Positions 34,430 through 50,155 are shown, counted from the stretch's first letter. The stretch: DNA of 64,000 bases from Emiliania huxleyi CCMP1516 (GCF_000372725.1 NW_005201792.1:375440-439439), one strand, 5' to 3'. The notes: generated from the sequence alone by a model not told the origin. Translations and numbers: made by a program.

Positions 34430-35251
34430 ACGAGCTCGTCGTACGGCACGTCAAGGTAGCCACCTCCCACAAGAGTAATATAGTTAAGCTAGTGCTGCAA
34501 ATAAGCTAATGCTAATAATAGCTTAATAATAACATCATTAGGTGCCTCGCTGCTAATAATTAGATACATTATTAGGCTAACAGTTTGATAGTGTACGAAT
34601 ACTATGGAGGCGGACGCAGGAAACCGGAAGTGGCCCACACCTGCGAGTCTAAGAATGCGAAAGCGGCGCTTGACTTCTACAGAGTACGCCCACCCGGGAC
34701 TTTGCACTTGACCAATTTCCTGAGGCGGGGCGGCACCACTCCATCGGTGAGCGCTTGGCTTTGGGCGACCGCTACGCTGGTGCTTCTTGCCTCACTTTTT
34801 GAGATCGACGCCTTCGCAGCTGGCCTTGACGTAAGTGGCGTCGGCTGCACCCGCTCTCGTGCAGAAGGAGCGGATGGGTTCAAGGATGTTGTGGAAGTGC
34901 ACAGTCCCCGTCACCGAGCCGGTGAGCAGCGGCGTGTAGAAAAAATACGGCCGCGGGCTCACGATGGTGAGATCGTACTTGGCCATGTCCAGCTTGCGCA
35001 CAAAGGAGAGGCCCGCCCAGCCTGTTCCGAGGAGAACCACGCGCTTCTTCACCGCCAGAGGTTTCTCTCCGCCCCCACCAAACAGCCGCAGCGAATCAAG
35101 CTCATCATTGATCCACGCACTCGCCAAGGCGCCGCCGGCCGCCTACACCGCAGAGGCAACGCGGTTGGTTGGACTGGGTGATAGAGAGCCTGTGGAGAAT
35201 GCCGAGTGCGATCGCCAGGCCGCCGCCGCCGAGCAATGCCCGCCGCAGCAT
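34430..35251 (-). pseudogene. Type II NADH dehydrogenase (NDH-2) 5' fragment
   Basis: RVVLLGTGWAG..VSPRPYFFYTPLL..EPIR and LDVPYDELVV motifs. In-frame TAG at 35143-35145, a frameshift after the ATG, and no remaining domains before the DBP7 3' end. Confidence 0.75.
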
Positions 35252-35536
35252 CCACTGGTATCCAAGTGCGACCTCGAGAGTGCGACACCAGGGGTGGACG
35301 GTCGAGTTCGTTGGCCACATTCACGAGAGCGGGACAGAGAGGTACTCGTACTCATGTGCGTACGTACTTTTAGCTTACTGGGAGAATCTCTCTCTCAATC
35401 TCTCTCTCATGTGTGCTAGAGATGTGTGGGCGGGCACCACTTAGACGGCACGCCGCCACAAAGGGATTTCGTGCGAATTCTTTTATAGCCGAGGAAGAAG
35501 CTGGGCGACCTCCGGCCGAGAGCTGCTTCGACCGCC

Positions 35537-36151
35537 ATGAGTGCGCTTCTCGTGAGTGCGGCGGCCAGCATGTCGTGGATGGGCGGCACGAGGAGCAGCG
35601 CGATGCGCAGGCCAAATGCGGCACCGCGCTCCGCCGTCAACATGATCTGGCATGTCTTTCCCAGGGATGGCGCTTCTGGGATGTTGAAGACCGACTATTA
35701 CGTCGACCGCGGCCACCAGCAAGCCCTTGGCCGGTACGACATGGTGGAGTTCGAGGGCCAGAAGATGAACATCGCCCCCGACCAGTGCATCGTCCACGCT
35801 GCCGAAGACGGCTCGTGCATCTACGTGTATGCGCAGGGCCAGCAGCCGACCGGCTGGCGAACGTCCCCGTACGAGCCGTGGACCTGGATGCAGCCCGGCG
35901 AGTCGGTGGCCCTGACGAACGGCCACAAGGTGAGCTTGGACTACACGGATCCGGAGAGCGCCGTCTACAAGTTTGAGCGGTCCGGTTGGGCGGAAGAGTT
36001 CGGCAGCTACAACAGCGGGACCGCTCAGCCGCAGGGCGCCGGCGGCGGGCTGCCTCCCGGCTGGACGACGGTCCAGGATCCGGCGTCTGGTCAGACCTAC
36101 TACTACAACCAGCAGACAGGCGCCTCGTCGTGGGACTTGCCAACGTACTGA
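35537..36151 (+). CDS. FHA-like + WW domain protein with presequence-like N-terminus
   Basis: LGRYDM..IAPDQC..QPTGW..LTNGHKVSL is FHA-like; LPPGWTTVQDPASGQTYYYNQQTGASSWDLP is a WW domain. Confidence 0.75.
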   Translation: MSALLVSAAASMSWMGGTRSSAMRRPNAAPRSAVNMIWHVFPRDGASGMLKTDYYVDRGHQQALGRYDMVEFEGQKMNIAPDQCIVHAAEDGSCIYVYAQGQQPTGWRTSPYEPWTWMQPGESVALTNGHKVSLDYTDPESAVYKFERSGWAEEFGSYNSGTAQPQGAGGGLPPGWTTVQDPASGQTYYYNQQTGASSWDLPTY

Positions 36152-36315
36152 ACCTTTTCTCTCTCGCGTGCAGGCCGCCCCGCGCGACAGAGGCCGCGCG
36201 CCCATGGCCACGCCGGGCCACTAGCTCCAGCGGTAGAGCTAGCAGCCCCTTTCTGTCACGAATCCCTACAAATGTTTTGCAGAGAGTCAAAGACTAAACA
36301 CGCGAGTCCGTTCGC

Positions 36316-37389
36316 TCATGCCTGGCACGACTCCTCGATCCGCGTGCGAGCCTCCTGCACCTCGGCCGTTCTCGGGTGGTTGGCGCCCAGCGTGCTCTCG
36401 TAGATTTGGCACGCGGTGCGGACATGCCCTTTAGCAGGCTTGCGGTCGCCGCAGTGCTGGAGCAAGAGCGCGAGGACGTAGTGTGCCTCCCCCGCCCCGA
36501 CATGCGTGCCGCCAGTCGCCTCGCGCCGCTTGAGCGCCGCTCGAAGCATCTCGACACCCTGCGCAGCTTGCGAAGCAGATAGCGCCGGGACCGAGCGCCC
36601 CATGCCTGGCAGCAGGTATTTGTTCCAGCAGTCTACAACTTTGTCGTCCAACGCGCCCGCCGCGTCGCCTCGTTTGAGCAACGAGAAGACGTTGGCGAGC
36701 TCAAAGTATCCACCGACCGCACTGAGGTGCTCCGGCCCCTCCTCGAGGGAGCAGTGGTAGATATCGTCGGCAAGCTGGCGCAGAGCCTCGTCGTACCTCC
36801 CTTGTGAGGCGTAGAGCTTGCCAAACGAGCGTCGAAGCCGCGATCGTAGCGCGTTTGAGGCGCGAGCACGGGCCAGGAGAGCCCAGTTCGCTGCTGTCAG
36901 GGTGTCCTCCGCCAGCTGGGGGTACTTTGCGGCGACATACGCATCAGAGAGGCACAGCCGTGCCGGGACTGCCTCGAGAGACCCCTCTCCGTGGATGGCG
37001 TCGGCGAGCTTCACCGCAAACTGCGCTGCGGGCACGGCAAGCAGAGGCGACCCCTCTGCCAGGTGCTGCATTGCATCGTCAGCGCAGAGGGCGGACAGCG
37101 AGGCCTTGCACTCCCTGACCGCACGGGTGCGCTCCTCGCGCTCGACGGCGGAGCCCACGCTCTTTGCAGGCACCATGATGAACGCGAGCTGGTCCACGTA
37201 GCGGCACAGGCTCCCGGTCCACGCGTTGGTCGCGGTGTCATGGTCCTCAAAGTAGAGCGTTAACGGGCGGCCATCGGCCGCGTTGTTGGTCACCGCCAGT
37301 GCTACGCTGGCTCGACGCCCTGTCAGCTCGCACAGAGGCGCGTCGCGATGCTGAAGCGCGTTCACCTTGCTCAGGCTACAGCCATGCAT
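36316..37389 (-). CDS. ZMYND12: ZMYND12-like (axonemal dynein-associated p38) TPR protein
   Basis: FGKLYASQGRYDEALRQLADDIYHCS...GPEH..GGYFELANVF matches ZMYND12; the MYND finger is degenerate. Confidence 0.8.
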   Translation of the reverse strand: MHGCSLSKVNALQHRDAPLCELTGRRASVALAVTNNAADGRPLTLYFEDHDTATNAWTGSLCRYVDQLAFIMVPAKSVGSAVEREERTRAVRECKASLSALCADDAMQHLAEGSPLLAVPAAQFAVKLADAIHGEGSLEAVPARLCLSDAYVAAKYPQLAEDTLTAANWALLARARASNALRSRLRRSFGKLYASQGRYDEALRQLADDIYHCSLEEGPEHLSAVGGYFELANVFSLLKRGDAAGALDDKVVDCWNKYLLPGMGRSVPALSASQAAQGVEMLRAALKRREATGGTHVGAGEAHYVLALLLQHCGDRKPAKGHVRTACQIYESTLGANHPRTAEVQEARTRIEESCQA

Positions 37390-37437
37390 GATGTTGTGTG
37401 TAACAGACCGTCCCGGGCGTGAAAAAAAAGCAACAAA

Positions 37438-37500
37438 GAACAGGGCTCCAGGCCCCAAATTACGTGTGAGTGTTAGAGTTGTTTGGTATTGCTAAAAAAA
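37438..37500 (+). repeat. Short copy of the retro-type 3' end found at 53688-53748
   Basis: GAACAGGGCTCCAGGCCCCAAAT(T/G)ACGTGTGAGTGTTAGAGTTGTTTGGTATTGCTAAAAA is shared. Confidence 0.85.
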
Positions 37501-37905
37501 AGGGGGAAAGGTACTCCAAGTGCTCCAAGATAAGAAACGGCTCGCGAGGTGGGTGCTAGTATGAGCCCGCTGAGGCGCAGTGCTCTTGCAGAGGCTGTCA
37601 GGCTTGTGTGACTTGTGTGATCCGGCATCCATCCACGAGGTTGGGAGACTTCTCCCACTCTGTGGGCTTCGCTAGTTGTGTGGCTAGAGGTGCGCCAGCC
37701 TAAGAAAAAGAAAGCAGACCGCTGGAGAGGAATGAAAAACGGCGCACGTCCAGCACTTCTAGAGGTTTTAATAATCCCCCCGAGAAAAAAAATGAGAGCG
37801 ATATGCGATGTCTGCCTTGCGTTTGTTCATAGGCTAACCTCGAAAAAAATCTTTGTCGTGCTCGCGACAGGACGCTGCTCTCGCTCGAGCACGCAAACAC
37901 CGGAC

Positions 37906-42104
<4,199 letters not shown>

Positions 42105-42484
42105 AGCCGCCGCAGCAGCGCCTCAAGGTGCCGGTGGCGGCCAGCGCAGGTGCACGGCTGTGTACGGTACATATTCCTAGTCTCTCGCGTGGCCGGCACG
42201 CGCTTCGAGTTCGGGGACACGGTTGGGCTCTCGTACTACGCACTCTCTCCTCTTGAATGATACGGTTCGGACGGTTATGCTGCGCCCATGATGCGGCTCC
42301 CCGTTGTTATTTAGCTGGGGTGCCCTTTCCCGCTTGTTCACACAAAAACACCGGACGCCGAGATAGACCTATTCTCGAGTCAACCCCGGCCCAAGCGCTT
42401 GTTCACGCGCTCCGCGAGTGAACGGCGCCGTGATTGTCGGCTTGGAGAAGCACGGACTGACTGTTCCCGCGCGGTGAGCGGGCG

Positions 42485-43201
42485 ATGCGCCGTCAGCCCC
42501 CCCCAACCTCACCACCGCGCCCCCGGGCGCAGACGCCGCCGGACGACGCTGCCTTTCGCGCCAGTGCAGCCGGCTCCCGCTCGGTCAGTCCGCTGCAGCG
42601 TTTGCGCGTGCGTGCCGCGAGCCGCAGCAGTCCGCTTGCACCCCGTCCGGTCCGCCTCGCTCCCGCCCGCGCGGCGGTGACGCCCGACAAGGGCATCTTC
42701 AAGAAGCTGTCGCCCAAGACCGTCGCGGCGGGATACGAAGCGGCAGGGCGGTTGCAGCGAAGCCGCCTCCTCGAGGCCCGCCTCCTCGAGGCCCGCGCGC
42801 CAGAGTGCCTCCTCCGACCTTTGTGCAACATCTCCCTGGAGCTGCCGACGGACCCTGTCGTCGCCTGCGACGGCCACGTCTATGAGCGCTCCGCAATCAG
42901 CGAGTGGATCGGACGGAGCGCCGTCCTGGGCGCCGACCCCGTCTCCCCCGTGAGCGGCGAGCGCATGGCGTCCGGCCCTCTCGCAACCTCCTTCCAGACG
43001 CGCGAGCGGATCGAGGACCTCGTCCGCATCGCATCGAGGGGCCCCGCCGCCGACTCGCCCCTCGAGAACTCGCCCCTCGAGAAGCGATGGCTCGCTCGGC
43101 AGCAAGCGGACGCCGAGGCGGCCGAAGCTGCACGCATTCTCCAAAATGTGACCGGCGCCGCAGCGCTCGGCCGACTAGGCCCGCGATCACATCATTGTTG
43201 A
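42485..43201 (+). CDS. U-box domain protein (start uncertain)
   Basis: CNISLELPTDPVVACDGHVYERSAISEWI..SPVSGE is a U-box pattern. Confidence 0.7.
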   Translation: MRRQPPPTSPPRPRAQTPPDDAAFRASAAGSRSVSPLQRLRVRAASRSSPLAPRPVRLAPARAAVTPDKGIFKKLSPKTVAAGYEAAGRLQRSRLLEARLLEARAPECLLRPLCNISLELPTDPVVACDGHVYERSAISEWIGRSAVLGADPVSPVSGERMASGPLATSFQTRERIEDLVRIASRGPAADSPLENSPLEKRWLARQQADAEAAEAARILQNVTGAAALGRLGPRSHHC

Positions 43202-44088
43202 ATTGTTGCATCTGTATTGATACGTGATCATTCTTCCTCTCCTAGGCCCGTGCCTCGCTGTGCGAGCGACGCTCGGCGCACGCCCCGCCTCCGACACCAG
43301 CCGCGACGGGCCGGGAGGGGGGTCGATCTTGCCCTCGTCCTAACGCGCATCTACTTTCGCCGTGGCGCGCGATGAGAGGGCGCGAATACACCGTATCAGA
43401 CGCTCGGATGCCGTACTCACCGACACGCCCTGACAAACAAGCACGTGTTCTGTAGGCATCGATGCTCCCCACAGTGTAACGCGGTGGACTTCGGCGATGC
43501 GGATCACTTTGCTCACGTTGTGCATCTTACTCGCGCGGCCCCCCTCGCAGTCTTGCCGCCGGCTAGGCCGCTGGCCGCAGCGCGGCGATGACCGTCTCGC
43601 TCCAGATGTCGCTCGTTGCGGCGCCGTGAGCGCCGGGGGGGGGGGGGGGGGTGCCGAATTTTCTCTCCGTTCGGATTGTGGAGTTTCTCTCACGCTCTGC
43701 GGCTTAGGCCGCGCGTGGGGGTGTAGTCTGTAGAATCAGTGTAGTCCAGAGGCGGCCTAATCTATGAATAAAATAAACGTTGCTGTTACGATACCCCCCC
43801 CCCCCTCCCGCACGTATGCGTGAGCTTTTTGTTGCAAGGCCTCGATCGGCCCTCGGCGGCCTCGCGCACACATATATGTGTCTTTAAGTTTTTCGTCCTG
43901 GCATTCGATATACACTTTGTCTTGTATAATGAGAGACTTACCCGCGCGCCTATCTGTGCTCTCTCTCTCTCTCTCTCTCTGTGTGGCTATTCTACACAAG
44001 TTCTACTACCGTCTGCCAAGGCCGTGGGTCCGTGCCGCTGGAGAGGACGTTTGAGCGTGTCGTGTGGCTCCGGTGTTCCAGTACCCTA

Positions 44089-45276
44089 CTACTTCCAGCG
44101 CCTCCCCTCGGCCTGCTTGCGCAAGTTCTTGCGCAGCGTCTCCAGGTTGGCGCACGCCTCCTTGGCCGAGACCTCCGCCGTCGCGCGCAGCGCGTAGCTC
44201 TTGTCGCGACGCCTCCTCTTGGCCACCAGGATGAACTCTGCGATCTTGTCAACGACTGCGCGCGCCACTGCGGCGCGAAAGGTGCCTCCCCGCTCCTCCA
44301 CGAGCCTCTTGAGGTTATCCTCGCCAAGGGCGTACCTCTCCACCTCGCGCCTCACCTCTCGCTCCAGGCCCTGCGCACGCCGCAACGCCTCGCGCAAGGG
44401 AAGGGGGCCGCTCGCAAGCGCGCCAGTCGAGGAGCCGTTTGCAGGGGCTTGCGAGCCACACCTCGCCGCACGAGCGGCCACCGCGGTGTCAGACACCGTC
44501 TCTCCGCCTTCAGCCGGGGCCGCCTCGAGCTGAATCACCCCCGGAGCAGAGGTGGAGGCGCCCCCATGTGCGGGGGCAGGTGACACGGTGAGGCCCTCGG
44601 GCCTCTCCCGGGGAGGAGGCGGGGCCTGGTGGGAGGGCTCCAGGGGCGAAGAAGGCTGCTCGGGCTCAGAGCGGAGCGGAGAGATTGAGACACAAGCTGC
44701 CGCACGACTTATACAACCCTGCGCCGGCCGCGAACGCGCCCTCGCCGGCGCCCTCGTGGGCTGAGGGTGTAGCCGCTCATGCTCGGTCAACGCAGCTGAG
44801 GTGAGGCCACCGACGTGGAGTCGCTTCGTCGGAGCCGCTGCGCTGCTCGCGCTTGGGCTTGGAGGATCCCTGGCCCCATCGCGCGTGAGCGGGCTTGCGC
44901 TGCGGCTGCGGCTGCGGCTGCGGCTGCGGCTGCGGCTGCCGCCTTTGGCTCCGCGGCAAATGTTCTCGTGCGCGCGCTCTCCGTGGCTTCGGCTGCTGCT
45001 CTGGCTGCTCGAGTGCGGGATCGGCACATGGCTGCTGCGATAGCAGTCCGAGGATGGGTTGTCGTGCGAAGCTGTTGCTGCCTTGAGCACTGCTACCGCC
45101 TCGGCAACCATCGTGGAGCGGCGCTCGGGAGAGGCGATGAGAGAGCGCACCGCGTCCGCGTCGAGCTGCAGCAGCATGCCAGTGACCTTGGCGGGATCGT
45201 CGCACTGCGCCTCTGAATATATGAGCTCGTAGAGTGACTCGCCGAGCGCGTACACTTGGTCGGCGAGGACCGGCAT
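44089..45276 (-). CDS. MLLE (PABC) domain protein with RS repeat and C-terminal coiled coil
   Basis: LGESLYELI..AKVTGMLLQLD..LI..VAEAVAVL matches MLLE; SRSRSRSRSRS; KRLHVGGL is RNP2-like. Confidence 0.7.
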   Translation of the reverse strand: MPVLADQVYALGESLYELIYSEAQCDDPAKVTGMLLQLDADAVRSLIASPERRSTMVAEAVAVLKAATASHDNPSSDCYRSSHVPIPHSSSQSSSRSHGERAHENICRGAKGGSRSRSRSRSRSRSASPLTRDGARDPPSPSASSAAAPTKRLHVGGLTSAALTEHERLHPQPTRAPARARSRPAQGCISRAAACVSISPLRSEPEQPSSPLEPSHQAPPPPRERPEGLTVSPAPAHGGASTSAPGVIQLEAAPAEGGETVSDTAVAARAARCGSQAPANGSSTGALASGPLPLREALRRAQGLEREVRREVERYALGEDNLKRLVEERGGTFRAAVARAVVDKIAEFILVAKRRRRDKSYALRATAEVSAKEACANLETLRKNLRKQAEGRRWK

Positions 45277-45665
45277 CTTGCCCGATTCTATTGCTCCGGT
45301 CAAGCTCGTGCGCAAGCGAACCCACCCCGAGAGTTGCTGGGAGGTGTGATGCAGCGACACTGAACGTGGCTGTTTCGGGCCACGGCAGCGAACTCGTGCG
45401 TCCCCGATGATGCGTGAATTTGATGAAATTTCCCATTTTCCGCGCCATCCTCGATCGCCGTGCAAAGCTCGCTTCCGAGCTCTCACGCCGCGCGTAGGGC
45501 CCTTGGCCCTTAGGGGCCTAGAGAACACAACCCCCTCCCTTTTCTCGAGAGAGAGAGGAATTTTGATACTCGAGTAAGGGGACTTCTTCTAACCCTATAA
45601 GTCCCACCGCCACCAGTTTCCGACCGTCCCACCGATTCGGTCGTTTGCACCACCAGCTCCGCCCA

Positions 45666-47067
45666 ATGGCCAAGCGACGGCTGAACCCGGACGAGATTCG
45701 AGCAGCCGTGGAGGCGGGACCGCCCCCCCACTCAGTCAACTACGAGACCGACAAAAAATGGCATGCCGAGCAGAATCGCTGGCTCGCCAAATGGACCGAA
45801 CGCCGGCTCCCCCCCGACAGCGGCGACAGCGGGAGCAGCCGGCGGGACCAGTGGCGCGATCGAAAGCAGCAGCATGCACGGCTGCTGCGGGCGGCGGAGA
45901 AGGAGCCATCTGCCTCCCTGAAGCGCCAGCGCAAGGCCGCAGCGACACCTGCCGTGACACATAGCGACCGTGTGCACGCTGGCCCGCCACGGCTCAAGAG
46001 GCCAAAGCCGCCGCCGGAAGGTGGCGACCAGCAGGCGTACGAGCTCGCCATGGGCATGTATGGTATTGCTCGCGACACCAGGCGCAAGATGTCGAGGCGG
46101 ACCAAGAGCGAAGACGCCGAGCGCAAGAGGGATGCGCGAGCGATCACGGCGATGATGGCAAGTGCGAGCATTGGTTCGGCGACTACACAGAGCGCCGCTG
46201 CTGGAGCTGCCGGCACCACCTCCAGCCAGATGGTTCCTGAAGCAGGCATGCCGGGGGTGGCTTTGCCTCCCATCCCTCCCCGCCCCACCCACCATCACCA
46301 CACAAGGCTTCCCCGTGGTAGGGCCGCAGGCAGTCAAGGCCGCCAAGGAGCGAATGGAGAGGGAGCGCGAGCGGTCGCAGCGGCGGCGTGACGTGGCCAA
46401 GCTCACGGTGACAAGCTATTATGAGGAGCGCATGCGGATTCGGCGGCTCGATGAGCAGGTGGCGCTGCTCAAGGCCGTCGATGAGGCGCTGCGAGATTCT
46501 GACTATTGGCGGACCACTGGCTTCTTTAGCAGCGTGCGAGGGGATAACTACTATGACCATTGGCTGTGCCTCGCAATCAAGGAGTGGGCCGCTTCGCATG
46601 AGCCAGATGGCTCCCAGCAGTGGGAAAGCGCACTGATGGCGGTGGCGGTCGAGTCCGCTACACGACGCGGCTGTGGGACTGGAGCATCAGCCACCGGGTT
46701 TCGGCGCATCGGTGCACTGGCCACGCTGCGGTGGCTGCTGCCCAGCCTGAGCTTCAAGCCCATACCCGGCTCACTTGACCCTGACCCTGTCTTGGGCGTG
46801 CAGCAACGCGCTGCAGCAGGCTACTGCGTGTGCGGGTGCGTCCTGGAGCCTTTTGAGCCGCTCTCTCAGGAGGATCTCGCGCTTGGCGGCCCACCCACGG
46901 ACGAGTGCAACACACCCGCCAGCGGACTGGTGCCCTTTTGCAGAGTGCACGGCCGGCGTAAACGTTACAGGCTGCCGGATAGATTGATCCAGAAGATGCA
47001 AGAGTACAATGTGGCACGGCAAAGACGGCAAGACCTGAGCATGTTTGGTGTGTTGCCGCAATTTTAA
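45666..47067 (+). CDS. Hypothetical basic, Cys-motif protein (probably 2 exons)
   Basis: Two overlapping long ORFs joinable by an intron ending near 46329; YCVCGC..C..FCRVH motif. Confidence 0.45.
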
Positions 47068-47180
47068 CGAAGGCCTTTTCTTTGTGCAAAATTCCCGTAG
47101 AAAAATTCTTTTTACGAGGACGGGCGGATCGCTCCGTCGTCGGATCCGGATTGCGATTGCCCCTCGCTTGGCGGTGCAAA

Positions 47181-48410
47181 ATGAAGAAGGGCGATGGCGC
47201 GGGCCGTAGCCAGGGCGAGGACGCGGCAGGAGAGGCAACCTGGCCTCCAAGCGGTGGCAGATCAGCGGGTCAGATCGCAAGAGAGGCGCACGCTTCTGCG
47301 GCCGAGGCTGCAGGGAGGCAGCAGATCGGAGAATCCTCGGAGCCGCAGCAGATTGCAGACCCTGAGCCTGGACTCGCCGAGCTTGATGCCTTGATGAACT
47401 CGATGACGAGGCAAGAAGAGATGGCGTTTCAGGCATGGCGCGAGCAGCGCGGTCCTGCGATGTACGGCAGCATGCACGTCCCCACGGAGGTTGGCTTGGT
47501 GGCTGCCTGGCGCGCAGAGCAGCGGCTGTCGTCCCCTGCGCCATCACTTCCGCAGCAGCAAGCTGACACTGCCTCCCAGCACCAAGCCGCACAAGTCGTT
47601 CTCGAAAGCTTGGACATCCTGGTGCGCGGCGACTTTCTGTCGTGGCTCCAAGATTACCGCAATGTGGGTGACCCACTCGACGAGCCTCACTTGGAAGATC
47701 TGCTTTGCATTTGGCGCAACTCCGATGAGTATGAAGACACAAAGAACACCCGCATCGCCGAGACATGCCATTGCCCGCGCGACCGCGAAAAAATGCGCTC
47801 ACTGCCTTATGCAGAGCTCAAGCGACGTGTCGAGGATGGCATGCTGGGTCAGCCAGGTGAGAGCCAAGCTGTCTACGATGCCCGAGTGCGCACCGATCGA
47901 CTGGCACGCGGTGTAGAGCTCGGCGAGTACTTCACCAACCCCTCCGCCTTTAGCGGCACGCACCTTCCCTACTGCACGTGCACATACGACGGTGAAGTGG
48001 CCACGCCCGCAATTCCGGGACTGACGTGTGACGCAGATGGCAGCATCTCAGCTGCAGACCTACTGGGCGATCTGATAAACTATGGATCTCGCGCGGGAGA
48101 GTGGCAGCCAAGCGGTGGCGACCACGTGCCTGAGGACTGGGTTGGAGATGGCACGTTGGATAGCAATCGCGATGGAGATTATCTTGGCATGCCATACCTC
48201 ACCAGCTTCTGCACGGCGTGCAAACGAATCCGTTCTGATGAGCCTTTCCTTTCGCATGTGGCCAGAGACCCTGACCTGCAAGTTTGCATGTGCATGAAAG
48301 TCTCAACCACAGTGAGCGTGAGGCTGTGCGTGGCTGTCGGAGACTCCGTGCGGCTGCGCGATGCGCTTTGCCAGCACTGTCGAAAGTCGGATCCGGTGGA
48401 GGATCAGTGA
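47181..48410 (+). CDS. Hypothetical intronless Cys-rich protein
   Basis: About 409 aa with CHC, YCTC, FCTAC, CMC and CQHC motifs; lower GC3 than neighbouring host genes. Confidence 0.5.
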   Translation: MKKGDGAGRSQGEDAAGEATWPPSGGRSAGQIAREAHASAAEAAGRQQIGESSEPQQIADPEPGLAELDALMNSMTRQEEMAFQAWREQRGPAMYGSMHVPTEVGLVAAWRAEQRLSSPAPSLPQQQADTASQHQAAQVVLESLDILVRGDFLSWLQDYRNVGDPLDEPHLEDLLCIWRNSDEYEDTKNTRIAETCHCPRDREKMRSLPYAELKRRVEDGMLGQPGESQAVYDARVRTDRLARGVELGEYFTNPSAFSGTHLPYCTCTYDGEVATPAIPGLTCDADGSISAADLLGDLINYGSRAGEWQPSGGDHVPEDWVGDGTLDSNRDGDYLGMPYLTSFCTACKRIRSDEPFLSHVARDPDLQVCMCMKVSTTVSVRLCVAVGDSVRLRDALCQHCRKSDPVEDQ

Positions 48411-48519
48411 GTTACCCGCTTACGTGAAGAAACACAACGCCCCCCCCCCACAGAGAAAAGGCAACACGCCGCAGGTCCACACTAGTCCGGCGAAATCGCG
48501 GTCGCGAGCCCGCTGTGAC

Positions 48520-50155
48520 ATGTCGCGATTTCTCAGCTCGTCCGCGTCGTCGCGCTCCGCCGCCTTATTCGGCTGCCTGCTGCTGGCCGGCGAGACCGGC
48601 CTCGGCCTGCTCATCATTCACCGCGCACGCTACACCGAGATCGACTGGAAGGCCTACATGCAGGAGGTGCAGGCGGTTGCCGACGGCGAGCGTGATTACA
48701 CCGCGATCGGCGCGAACACTGGGCCGCTCGTGTACCCGGCGGGCTTCGTGTGGCTCTACCTCGGCCTGCACCGCCTGACGGGCGCCGACCCGGATTGCTG
48801 CCGCCTGCCGCCCACAGAGGTCTCCGAGTCGGCCCGGTGCGTGTCGGGTGGTGGGGACGTGCGGACAGCGCAGTACATCGGACTGGGCGTGAGTGTGGCG
48901 ACGCTCGCGCTCGTGCTCCGCGTGTACCGAGCCTGCGGCGTGCCTCCGTGGGCGTGGGCGCTTGCGTGCGGCTCGATGACCCTAGATGCGGAACACAAAC
49001 ACACGTCGCTGTGGTCCAGCAACCAGCCCTGGGAGCTCGGAGCAATGCTCTGCACACTACGGTGCCTTTGTTTCCCACCCTGACGCGTCTATACTCGCGA
49101 CGGCAGGCTCGTACAGAGTCCACTCGCTCTACCTGCTCCGCCTCTTCAACGACGGACCGGTGACGCCGCCCGTCTCCGCCCTCGTCTCCACGAGCCTTTG
49201 CTGCTCCACCCCGCCGGATCCGAGCCGCAGGCGATGCTGCTGCTCTTTGCCTTTCTCGCGGCGTACGCGCGCCGGTCCTACGCCGCAGGCGCACTCCTCT
49301 TCTCGGCCGCACTCTCGGTCAAGATGAACGCGCTCCTCTTCGCACCCGCGCTCGCGCTGCTCACCCTCCGCGAGTGCGGCTGGGCCGGAGCCGTCCTCCG
49401 CGCCATGCCCGCCCTCGGCCTGCAGGCGCGCCTCGGCCGCCCGCGGCGTCTCTTCACGCCTCCAGCCGCGAAGAGGTGCCCGCCCTCGGCCGGCAGGTCG
49501 CCACAGCCTGGCCATTCCTGCGCGCCAACGCGGCCGGATACCTCGGCCGCGCCTTCGAGCTCTCGCGCGCCTTCGAGCACCGCTGGTCGGTCAACTGGGC
49601 GATGCTGTCGCCCGCCGCTTTTGGCTCCGCCGCCCTCGCGCGCGGGCTGCTCGCCGCGCACCTCTGCCTCCTGCTCGCGTTTGCGCATTGGCGGTGGACG
49701 CGGCACGACGGCGGGCTGCTGAGGCGCGCACGCACGCACGCACGCACCCTTCCCCCTTGCCCCCCTCCGTGCGGAGAGGTCTCACCTCCACCCCTTGCCT
49801 CAGCCTGCTCGGCGGGGCCGTGCGCGGGCCGCTTCCGCCGCGCGACGACGCGGCGCGCCACGCGCTGCAGGTCGCGCTGTCGTGCAACTTCATCGGCATC
49901 GCGGCGGCGCGCAGCTTGCACTACCAGTTCTACCTCTACTACTTCCACTCGCTGCCGGTGCTGCTTTGGATGACGCCGTTCCCGCCGGCGCTGAGGCTCG
50001 CGCTGTGGATCGGCATTGAGGGCGCCTACAACGTCTACCCGCCCACCGCCGCCTCCTCGACGCTGCTGCAGCTCTGCCACGTCGCCCTGCTGCTCGGGCT
50101 GTGGCTGGCGCGGGAGCCCGGCGGCGACGCAAAGGCAAAGGCAAAAACAACCTAG
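48520..50155 (+). CDS. ALG3: Dol-P-Man:Man5GlcNAc2-PP-Dol alpha-1,3-mannosyltransferase (multi-exon)
   Basis: YTEIDWKAYMQEV, TGPLVYPAGF, RVHSLYLLRLFND, SVKMNALLF, WSVNW and RSLHYQFY motifs. Confidence 0.93.
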
